From the NCBI RefSeq assembly GCF_963506605.1, contig NC_083283.1, positions 83,514,001-83,578,000 of the forward strand: a DNA stretch of 64,000 nucleotides, written 5' to 3'. The DNA is from Zootoca vivipara (taxonomy: Eukaryota). Both the position numbers and the translations under genes were made by a program. Positions 12,499 through 22,697 of the stretch are shown here, piece by piece. How positions within the stretch are numbered: position 1 is the stretch's first letter; each line of letters starts with the position of its first letter. Below the pieces are notes generated by a model. It saw nothing but the letters and a program-made list of their open reading frames with translations, ran no database searches and was not told the origin of the DNA.

Positions 12499-12618
12499 CT
12501 ATTGATAGGTAAGCCAGTCATTTTGACCACAGTTCATATTTGCCCCAGTTGCCTGATTAACAGTGCAACCCGGGGCTCCAGATCTGGGAGCAGAGTCTTC
12601 AGAGAGAGATGCTCTAGC
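12499..12618 (-). CDS. Putative shared constant (terminal) exon of the Pcdh-beta subcluster, coding ARASLSEDSAPRSGAPGCTVNQATGANMNCGQNDWLTYQ*
   Basis: Acceptor GCATTTTTTATGTCCTTTGCAG|GCTAGA; phase 0 matches all nine upstream beta donors; 39 codons plus TAG; lies 2.6 kb past the last beta exon and before the first gamma promoter. Inferred, no transcript evidence. Confidence 0.7.
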   Translation of the reverse strand, partial: ARASLSEDSAPRSGAPGCTVNQATGANMNCGQNDWLTYQ

Positions 12619-13299
12619 CTGCAAAGGACATAAAAAATGCATTGTAATTTTCTGAAAGCTGGTGTGGTTTTCATTAGATAAATGCTGCCAATGCATTAAG
12701 CTGCAGTAAGAAGAGTGTAATGAAATGCCATGCTTACCAGACAGGAACATAGCAAACATTTTCTGAAAACCCAAAATATGAACTGTGTGATACAACAAAG
12801 TTGTAGTGCCATGGATGGTAGTACTATGAGTTTGGTGACAATCCAGTTTCTTTTCAGCTTGAACGAACTCAAGACAATGCCTGAGATCATAACAGGGAAC
12901 TCATTATACCAAAAACAATTATACATTTTGTCCAGCAGCAGCTTTGTAGCATTTATGTTTGCTAATAACCTCCATTTCCAAGCCTTCTTTCCTTCATTAG
13001 AGCCACACAAATAGTTGTTAGCTTGTTTTACACAATCTGTACCCTACTTTTCTACGAGGCAGCTCACAGCATTTTCAATAAAACAAGAATAAAATCCAAA
13101 ATCAGGAGAGCAGCCCAGCTCAAAATAAATACACCAGCTAAGAGCCTTTTGCCACAATTACTTACCAACAATCACTACAAAAAATCATCTACAGCTAAGC
13201 CAAGGTTTGGCTTAGATGGTGGAGGGAAATGGAGCATAGCAGTTGATCTAGATGTGCAGGCAAATATGCATGAGAGGACACAACCCTTAAGGCATGCAA

Positions 13300-13790
13300 G
13301 TACCGTAATGATATATTATCAGCCATATTTTGACCGCTATGGCAGAGAATGATTCCTTCCTGAAACCCTAAAAAGTGTTTGCAATGTTGGGCTAGAGGGA
13401 CCAATGGTCTGGCTTAGTATAAGGCAGCTTTCTGTGGACCAACTGAAGTCTTCAAGTGCTCTGCAAAGACAGACTCAGCTTAATTCACATTATAGCAGTC
13501 TAATGTGGATATTACTTTGGTGTGGGTTACTGTTGCCAGAACGGGCACAGCTGGCACACTGGTCAGAGTTAATGAAGAGGTTCTCCTGCTCAGACTGCCA
13601 CCTGGAGATCCAGGAGCTTCTTCCCAAATAGCCCATCTGGTTCTTAAGAGAGAGGAGCACAAAGCCATCCCAAACAAATTATGATCTTGGATCATATGAT
13701 TCCCTGGCCGACAGTACTTCCGTCTTATCTAGATGAAGTTTCAACTTTCATTCTATCTCTATACATTATATGCCTCTACTTTCTCCAGTA
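13300..13790 (-). mobile_element. Degraded L2-like LINE fragment with a Squam3-like SINE piece (~13384..13435)
   Basis: Decayed L2-type sequence; embedded ctagagggaccaatggtctggcttagtataaggcagctt matches the 3' part of the SINE at 41683. Confidence 0.45.
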
Positions 13791-14797
13791 TCGCTCATTG
13801 AGTTTAAATGGCTGAATGAAAGATGTGAAGTTACAGCTCTAGTTACTGCGCACCTTAGCACCAAACAAATGACTCCTCATAATTGTCTTCATGATTCTTA
13901 TGAGTCTTACACCATACTTGAATAATTAGTTTTTAGCTTCATAACTCTCACCATTTTTAAAAATATATATCTTTTGTTTCCCTTTGCTGACTGACGGTCG
14001 AATAAAGAATGATGATGATGATCTTTTGTTTCCCAAATGGTTCTCTTACCCAGTTTCTGTTCAGCCAATTTTAGTCTTCTATTCCTGTTGGAAATTGGGA
14101 CTTCCTTCCAGAAGATTTATAGTATTGTTCTAATCCCCATATTCACACCAAGGAATGACATACCTTCAATAACTCCCCATAATTATCATTCTTCCCTTCA
14201 CCGTATATTCTCCTCCCCTTTAGAAAGAACATAATTTACACAGAGCATTCAGAATATATTCATTAAAAAAATGTCTCACTACCAATAATGCATTCCAGTT
14301 TCATTAATTCACAATCTGTCTTACATTTCTCTGAAATAATATTTACTATGTAGTAATGAATATATTGGATTCTCAATTTACTACCCTATTTAAGCCATAT
14401 ATAGCAAAAGCCCAATTGATTTGCAAATCAAACCTCCAACTTAAAGCATTCTCTCATTTCAGAAAGGCTTCCCTTAGGTAAAATACCCTAACCCAGAGTT
14501 ATTTTCAGAAGTGGAAAGAATGAATTTCTGGTCAATGTGATTAATGAAGTTTGGTAGTCAATGGAAAGGCAATATAATTGAAGAATCTGCAATGAAATAC
14601 TGCAATCCATTTTCACAAATGGCATGTTAACTGGTTTTGTCTTTCCCATATATGTAATATTAAATCTGGTCTGAACGTTTGGGGAATGTGCAGTACAACA
14701 AAAGGAGGGAAGTATATTGTGTGAGTGTTTTGACTATTGATTCAAAACCCTAAAATGTATTTTATATAATTGATATTTCATTTCTATTCTTTGTATA

Positions 14798-15018
14798 CAG
14801 TGGTACCTTGGGTTACAAACTTAATTTGTTCTGGATTGTTCTTAACCTGAGGTGCGCTTTTGCTAATGGGGGTTCCTGCTGCAGCAATGCTGCCGGTGCC
14901 CAAATTTTGTTCTCATCCTGGGGCAAAGTTTGCAAACTGAGGTACTACGTCCAGGTTAGTGGAGTTTGTAACCCGAAGTGTTTGTAACCCGAGGTGTTCG
15001 TAACCCCAAGTACCACTG
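14798..15018. mobile_element. Tc1/mariner (Tigger-like) MITE
   Basis: TA|CAGTGGTACCTTGGGTTAC ... GTAACCCCAAGTACCACTG|TA: TIRs plus TA TSD. Confidence 0.9.
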
Positions 15019-15190
15019 TATTGCATTGGTGTTTTATTGCTATGGCCGATGGCTGACACAAATGAAGATTTATTCATTCATTCATTGTGTGAGTGAACCT
15101 CAATCCACACAAGCACACCCCATTTAGCACTTTGTTGAATCCCATCCTTAAAAATTATGGGGGGGGGGGAATTCCCAGCAGTGTTCTCAC

Positions 15191-17614
15191 CTGAACCACA
15201 TGTTGACTTTCACCTGCATGTCTGGGGACTTCCTCAGATACATTGGAACTCCTTGGATTCTGCTGAGTGTTAGGAGGCTCCACAGAGAAAACAGGAAATA
15301 GGGGCCTGAGAAACCGGAACTCGCTGTTCAGAGACCCACCAGCTAAGCACACCTCGTAATTGTAAGCCTGGGATAGAGATCCAGCACCAGGATTCGCAGG
15401 GTTCTCCTGGGAATCTGGTCCCACAGGGAAATCGGCTGCAGAGTTGTAGGTTGCTATGAACTTTTCACGTTTCTGCAACTTGATTACAACAAATGCCACT
15501 ACAGAAATGAGAAAAATACTTGAGATGGCAGCCAAGCAGATGATCAAATACATAGTCAGGTTGGGGTCTTCCTCCTCCGCTGTTTCCTCCTTTGGGAGAG
15601 CCACACTTTTCAGATAAGGGTCAGAGAAGCCGTCCACTAGAAGGATTCTGAGCGTGGCAGAGGTGGACTGGGGAGGGTGGCCGTTGTCTTGGACAACCAC
15701 AATCAGATTCTGCTTGAAGCTGTCTCGGTTATTGACTGGCCTCAGGGTGGTCACTTCTCCATTCTGGGCCCCCACCGTGAACAGACCCGGTTCTGTGGCC
15801 TTCAGCAGCTGATAGGAAAGCCAAGAGTTCTGAGCAGAATCCCTGTCCACAGCCACCACCTTGGTGACCAGGTAGCCAGTCTCTGCCCCTCGGGGAACCA
15901 GGTCATTCGAGGGGGAAGTGCCATTCTGGAGAGGGTAGAGGATGAAGGGGGCATTGTCGTTTTCATCCACAACCTGAACACAGATTGTAACTTCTGAGCT
16001 CAGTGGAGGGGAACCTGAATCCACAGCTCTCACTGTCACATGGAAATCTTTTACTTCCTCATAATCCAGAGACCGAATGGCATACAGGTTCCCCGTTTCA
16101 GAGTTGATGGAGATGTAAGCGGATGTGGGGCCATCATTGACCTTCCCAGGCAAAAGCGAGTAGGTCACTTTGGCATTCTGCGCTGTGTCCAGATCAACAG
16201 CATGGACCGAATTGATCAGAAGACCAGGAATATTGTTTTCTCTTAACTGCATTTCATAGAATGGCTTTTCAAACACTGGAGGGTTGTCATTGACATCTGA
16301 GATTTGAACATGAAGTATTCTTGTGGAAGTGAGTCTGGGAGAGCCTTGGTCTGTGGCTGTGATAGTAATGTTATATTCACTGACTTTTTCTCTGTCCAGT
16401 GGCTGTTGGGTCACCAGCTGGTAATAGTTGTTCTCTGTGGGTTTGAGCACAAATGGCAGGTTTACTTCAGTGGTGCAGGCAGTTCTGCCACTTTCTCCAG
16501 AGTCCACGTCTGTGACACTAAAGAGGGCCACCACTGTGTCTGGGGGAGAATCCTCAGGTAAGGGACTGGTGATGGATGCAATTGATATCTCTGGAGCATT
16601 GTCGTTCTCATCCTCAATCTCTACAATGACTTTACAGTAAGCAGAAAGGCCCCCTCCATCTGTGGCTCTGATCTTCATCTCATAATTTGTGTTTTCTTCA
16701 TAATCAATTATACCTGAGATAGTAAGTTCCCCAGTATTTTTATTTAACCTGAATGATCTCTGCACATTTTCTGGCACTTGGCTGAATGAGTAAGTGATGT
16801 CAGCATTGGAACCAATATCCTTGTCTCTGGCTTCAACTCTTGTGACTAATGTTTCCAATGGGCTGTTTTCCATCAGTTTTTCATGGTACATGGATTTATT
16901 AAATAGAGGAGCATTATCATTGATGTCCAGAACGTCTATGATGATTTGTGCTGTTCCAGTTTTGCGGGGTATTCCTCCATCAACAGCTGAAAGGATTAGG
17001 AAAACCTGTGCTTCCACCTCACGGTCTAATGGTTTCTCCAATACTAGGTCTGCATATTTAGTACCATCACTGTGACTTTGCACATCCAGCCTAAAATATT
17101 TATTAGGACTAAGTGTGTAATTCTGAACAGTATTTTCTCCTTTGTCTGAATCTTGAGCTCTCTCCAAAGGGAATACAGTATTTATGTGAGTTTGCTCAGG
17201 TATTTCAAAAATAAATTGATCTTTAGAGAATTTGGGGGAATTATCATTCACATCCTCTATTTGAACTTCAATTCTATATAGCTTCAATGGATCTTCTAGA
17301 ACAATTTCAGAGAGCAGAACACAATGGTCATTCTGACCACAGAGAGCCTCTCGATCTATTTTTTCCTTTAATATCATGTTGCCAGAATGAGGATCCAGCT
17401 GGAAATACTGATTGGTGCTCTTAGAAACCAGCCGGGCTCTCCGATCAGAAAGGTTCTTTGCATCCACTTTCAAATCTTTCAGCACATTAGCCACCAGGGA
17501 CCCTGCTTTCCTTTCCTCTGGCACTGAATATTGGATGGAATTGCATATTGCCCCATACATGCAGAGAGACAGAAAGAAAAATGTCACTTGCCTGTTCCTG
17601 TTATTCATTTCCAT
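15191..17614 (-). CDS. PCDHB: Protocadherin beta-like exon, subfamily A (A2, last beta)
   Basis: ATG of MEMNNRNRQV at 17614 (the track start at 17869 is an upstream non-ATG extension); 6 EC, TM, beta signature SLSQAYNYEVCLAGGSLNSEFRFLRP; donor CAG|GTGAGA at 15191; read-through stop at 15155. Confidence 0.93.
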
Positions 17615-17830
17615 TGTTCCAGATTCACTCAAGACAGATTGAAGAACAGAAAAATATGTTGTTGTACTTAGCTGTATCCCTTTGCTGTATTTATTCCTGA
17701 AAATGCATACCACTGTCTCCCTCCTCCTGATTTTTGTTGCAATGAAGAGCTGTATCCCTTTTGCTTCCAGATTGTTTTGCCCTTGTCTATGCTTTCCAAA
17801 CAATCTTTTCTCTAAGAACATGTGCTGTGC

Positions 17831-17850
17831 AATGGCACCATCTTGTGTTT
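17831..17850 (-). promoter_or_regulatory. CSE/CTCF-like site, A2 promoter
   Basis: AAACACAAGATGGTGCCATT, ~220 bp upstream of the ATG. Confidence 0.7.
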
Positions 17851-18245
17851 GAAATACATATAACTGCAATCTTTGTCAGTTAACTGGTCCCCACCCTTTA
17901 CTATTAATCTCCATACAAAGTTCCTTACAGAGAAAGATATGGATTCAGATCTTGGGGTTTGCAGTTAATGTGAGCCTGTCTAGTGAAGGTGCATAAATAA
18001 CATTGACCCAATATTAACTGGAAGGTATGGAATGTATATACAAATTCATTATATGAACATGGAATTTTGCACACAGTTCAGGCCATCACTCAACTAAAGC
18101 CAGATAATGTAAACTAACCTCTGGATACATTTCACACATTAATGAGACAATATGTGAAAAATACAAACAATTGCCAATAATGGAGGCTGGCATGTTAAGG
18201 CAAATGGGGTACTGCCCCATCCACCTCTGTCTTGATGCTTACATA

Positions 18246-18523
18246 CAGTCATACCTTGGTTTAAGTACGCCTCGGTTTGAGTATTTTCAGTTTAAGTACT
18301 CTGCAGACCCGTCTGGAACGGATTAATCCACTTTCCATTACTTTCAATGGGAAAGTTTGCTTCAGGTTAAGTACGCTTCCGTTTAAGTACTCCATGGACC
18401 ATCTGGAACGGATTAATCCACTTTCCATTACTTTCAATGGGAAAGTTCGCTTCAGGTTAAGTAAGCTTCAGGTTATGTACAGACTTCTGGAACCAATTGT
18501 GTTTGTAAACTGAGGTACCACTG
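18246..18523. mobile_element. Tc1/mariner-like MITE with internal tandem duplication
   Basis: TA|CAGTCATACCTTGGTTTA ... TAAACTGAGGTACCACTG|TA; the internal unit tctggaacggattaatccactttccattactttcaatgggaaagtt occurs twice; same family as 30621. Confidence 0.9.
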
Positions 18524-19801
18524 TACTACCAGTTCTGGAGGTGGCATTGCTCCTCAGGTTCTCCCCACTTAGTTTCAGTGTTGCCCTTGCAGACCTCAGA
18601 ATGGAGTTTGGATCTTGCTATCATTAGTTCTGGCTCCACCTACTGTTGGTCTCCCTGCCTTCTGCTCTACCAGTCCCAATAGATATGGTGGTGTTAGCTG
18701 TATACCTGGGTGGCACCGTGCAAAGGAGGTTAGGGGTCTGAAGCAGGAAAATTAAGTTAGTCATGCTTTACCTGGTGCCCTGTTAATCCCACATGGTGTC
18801 AGAATGGAGACTTTTTATGTTCCCTGCAGTCCCCTGAAAGGTAGTCACAGGTTAACACTCAGTGAATACTAGGAGGCCCAGCTACTGCAGCCACAGTGTT
18901 TATCTCTCCAAATAACAGGCAAAAGAGAGGCCTTGAAACAGAGAGTACCTGAAGGAAGGCTCTGTTGGTGCAGCTACAGACATGGTATCACTCCAGAAAA
19001 GGAGGAAAGAAAACAGAGGGAGAGGAGAGACCTGGAACTAAGAGAGTCCTACAATGACCCATAAAGGTGAGTCCAAGCCATCTATGACCCCATTGAACAG
19101 GGCTACTCCATCCCTGGTTGATTTCCACATTGCACGGATAATTTGATTTCCAGCACCCTGAAGGCTGGCCACTTTAGATAAGCAGATTCCAAAGGTTCTT
19201 CCAGACATCTGGCCACAGGAACAACAAGTAAACACTCTTTTGTGCACTATGGAGCAAGCAATAGGGAATATAATCCTCTCAAGAAGACTCACAAAAGTTC
19301 AGATGAAACAGCTTTAAAACAGACAAAGAAGAGCTAGGGAAGCACTTTTTACCTCATTGCAAAGTAATTTTTGAGCCAGTCTAATTCCACTCTCACAAGC
19401 AGGGTGGTCAAAGAAAGAAATCTTGGGAGTCAGCAGGAGGATGCAGCCTAGACACTACAAACTAACTCATGTGATGTTAACCTGGCAAAGGGAGCAAAGG
19501 GAAGGAATACAGCAGGTAACCCAAAGACTGCCCTTAGTGTGGAAAGTCACCCTACAGCGAGAAGACAGTCAGACATTATCAGAAAAGGGGGCATTATGCT
19601 GCAGTGTGCTGTTCTAAACACATCATAGCACTGATTCTTCAAAAAGACCACCTGGGAGCCATTGGTAATGGTCAGAATGAGCCTCCATGGGTTACCACCA
19701 TTGCCTTGGGAGAGCTTTCAATTGAATTTTAAATTGTCATGGGGCAGGTGTCAAAGTGACCCCAGGTTCATCGTATAGGAAGCTAAAGGCTTCTACTTCT
19801 A

Positions 19802-20351
19802 CAGTGGTACCCCGCAAGATGAATGCCTCGCGCAACGAAAAACTCGCAAGACGACAGCGTTTTGCATTGTGCGAGGCGTCTTGCAAAACGAAGTTTTATA
19901 TGGCTGTGCTTCGCAGGACGAATAGGGACGCATTACAGTAAAGTCCCTTGCCCTCGCTGCCATGCCGCGCTCGCCCTTGGGGATCCGCTACCGCCCGCTG
20001 CCGTTGCTGGCCCAGAATTGGCCCCCTCAGTGCCGCCACACGCTTTCTCCTCACCTTCGGGCCGGCCCAGGATTGCTCCATCCGCCCACGTCCAGTCTGC
20101 GAGCTGCTTCTGGGGAAGGAGGGAGGGAGCCTCTCCCTGGCCCTCCTCCTGCTTTCCCCTCCCCAGAGCCTTAAAAACTTCTGGAGCGGCCATGGTGGGT
20201 GAGTCGGTGCCTTTTTTTGCATCCCCCCCCCAGGAATGCATTGATTGAATTTCAGTGCATTCCTATGGGAAATCGCACTTTGCAAGACGAAATTATCGCA
20301 ACACAAAACGACTCGTGGAATGAATTAATTTCGTCTAGCGAGGTACCACTG
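19802..20351. mobile_element. Tc1/mariner-like non-autonomous element, GC-rich interior
   Basis: TA|CAGTGGTACCCCGCAAGATGAA ... TTCGTCTAGCGAGGTACCACTG|TA. Confidence 0.9.
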
Positions 20352-22630
20352 TACTTTATTTTGCTCTCAGAAGGGGTCGGGTCCTTTTGCAGAGTAAAGC
20401 ATTCTGGGGGAGGTTGCCCAGGAGAATGCCTGTACCACATCTACTTTTCAGAAACAGCTAAACATCCTTTAAAAATGTTGGAATCCTAGAAGCCAAGACC
20501 CCAGTTTTAGGCAAGCACTGTTTGGTGAGAGAACCTCAGCAGAGATTTAACATCACACAAGCAGCAGCAGAGAAAAACATGGAAATTTAAGGAAAACCTT
20601 AAAATGTGCCCTTCGAGTAAGTCCCCAAATGTCCAATTTTCAAAGTTCTTTTCACTGTATCCCATTTCCCTAGTATATCAACCATGTTTTGCAAGTCATA
20701 ACATGGTTTACTAGCAAAACTCTTCAGAGGTCAGATTCATGTGTTTTTCCATACAGCAGCCAGAAAAGATGCACAATCAGTTAAAACATTGCTTAGCTAT
20801 AAAAGGTAAAAGTTTCTAAATATTTCTAAATATTGGTAGAAAACACACACTAGTTTGAGCCTCTGTTCTGGTATGAAACAAAAAAGGCTGGTTAAAACCA
20901 TGAGGGTAGAATGACCTCCTTACAACAAAGGCTTATTGACCCATTTCCTCTCAAGGTGAGCAGTGATGATGTAGGCAAACCTTGGCAGGACAGCTTACTC
21001 TAGCATGTGCTATCTAGATTCAAACATGCTAGAGGTATATGAGACTGGAACACTACCCCCCAAAAAACTACTTAAAAAATTAAGAGAGAATGACTAACCA
21101 CTAGAGCTGTATGTTGGCTCTGCATGAAGCACAAATTCTGATGTGTTCATGGGTGATTTGGGTGAGATTTTCACACCCTTGTTTGTGTCATTAACAAGGT
21201 GTCTGGAGTTGGAGAAGAACTGCTTAAAGTCCTGAGTCTCAGTCTGCTAGCTTTGTTTTTTGTGTGTTTCTTTTAAAGAAGTCAGCAACTTGGTCATCTA
21301 TAAATATATTTAGAAAGCAAAATGTTAAGGGAATGTTCTAGGGTTTATTAGGCAAATATGGAGGTGCTGCAATTGCTAAGGTCACTTTGTTACATAATCA
21401 CTATTGCTAAGGTAATCAAAAGGAAGGAATCGGAGACATTCTCTGTATCTTTGCTTTCTTTCAACAGGAACAGCCTGCAGTGAGAGGTATAGCCGTGGGA
21501 ATAAAGCAAATGATGGCTAGCACCTTTAGTATATGTCTATCTTGCAAATATTGATTAGGGCAAGCCTTTTCTTTTATGGAAATACAGTTATTGATAAAGC
21601 TTCACTCTTCGGCATTCTGTCTATCAGGCAACTTATTACCTGTGTGATATACTTTTGAACCTTTTACTTAAGAACAGCAGCTTGTGACATCATGAATGCT
21701 GAAAACTTATGTTGAGACCGAATTGGGACTTGAACTGGAGAAATTCATTTTGTAAAGGGACAAACTGGAACTAGAACTAATCCCTTTTTGGACAGGATAA
21801 AGTAGAACTTTCCAAGCACTGCTAGTAACATGCAGAAGCTTAAATTGATTACAGAAACATAGCATTAATTCATAAATTAATCTGGTTAAAAAGTAAGTGT
21901 AATCTAGAAACTTCCTTTATATCTTAATACCTAAATTTAATATTTTCCTTTTCATATCAGGTTATTGAATGTGGTCAGCTTCTTCATTAACGAGATATAA
22001 ATTGGATATGTTCTTTGATATCAAGTAGGCAGTGAGGTTAACCAGTTAAATTTTAGATATTGACCGTTTGGAAGAACTGAAACACTTTTTAAAAAATTCT
22101 GAATTCCTGGCACAGTTCTAGGATTGAGAGAGATGTTACTGCACTTTCCTGGTAAACAAGGAAAGAGTTTTTAATGTTTAAGAGAAGCTTGTAAGCAATT
22201 CAGAAAAGGTGGGGTCATAAGACTGATGCTCAGGAGAGAAATGGAGAAATCATTGGGTTCTAGGTCACTTGGTCCTACGTATTTGGATTTTAGTCCTACC
22301 CACTTTGCCCTTGGAGGGTTGGCCAGAGAACAATGTGGTCCTTGACTGGAAAAGGTCCCCAACCCCCCATTCTACAGAGAGGTATAAACAATAATGCCCT
22401 GAAAAATAAAAATAACAGAAGATCAAAGAAAGGTTCAAGGGAACTAAAATAGCTCCAAGTGAAGAGAGTAGGGGGGGGGGTTAAAAAAGAAAGGCAAGAA
22501 CATATATTATTAAATGGCTATAAAAGAAACATTTTAAAATTTACAAACTGCAACATAAAGATTTAACCAAAATAGGATGATGCAAAGAAACAGATAAGAA
22601 AAGTAACTTAAGAGTAATTAAGAGTAATTA

Positions 22631-22688
22631 TAGTAATTATAGTCGGAGAAAGTAAGATGTAATAAGCTTTCTCCGACTATAATTACTA
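22631..22688. repeat. Perfect 22-bp inverted repeat with a 14-nt loop
   Basis: tagtaattatagtcggagaaag (22631..22652) and ctttctccgactataattacta (22667..22688) are exact reverse complements. Confidence 0.95.
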
Positions 22689-22697
22689 ATTGCTCAC

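Noticed and set aside
12387-12508. Plus-strand exon-like unit (tctttctcttttag|...ag|gtaagc) antisense to the putative constant exon's stop
   Set aside because: The splice-like motifs are good but there is no partner exon, promoter or ORF; chance is likely, although stranded RNA-seq could test it.
12619-12798. Upstream part of the 99-aa ORF 12499..12798 as a stand-alone gene
   Set aside because: It is intron-like sequence containing the polypyrimidine tract; only the part after the acceptor looks coding.
5971-15154. TAF7/SLC25A2-like genes that lie between beta and gamma in mammals
   Set aside because: No ORF with such similarity is present in this interval.
17615-17869. 85-aa N-terminal extension of A2 in the ORF track
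   Set aside because: It begins at a non-ATG codon, overlaps the CSE/promoter and has no counterpart in paralogues; the ATG at 17614 precedes the signal peptide.
18530-21750. Possible decayed Gypsy-type LTR element (faint protease-like remnant near 19730)
   Set aside because: No paired LTRs, primer-binding site or convincing ORF could be identified by eye.
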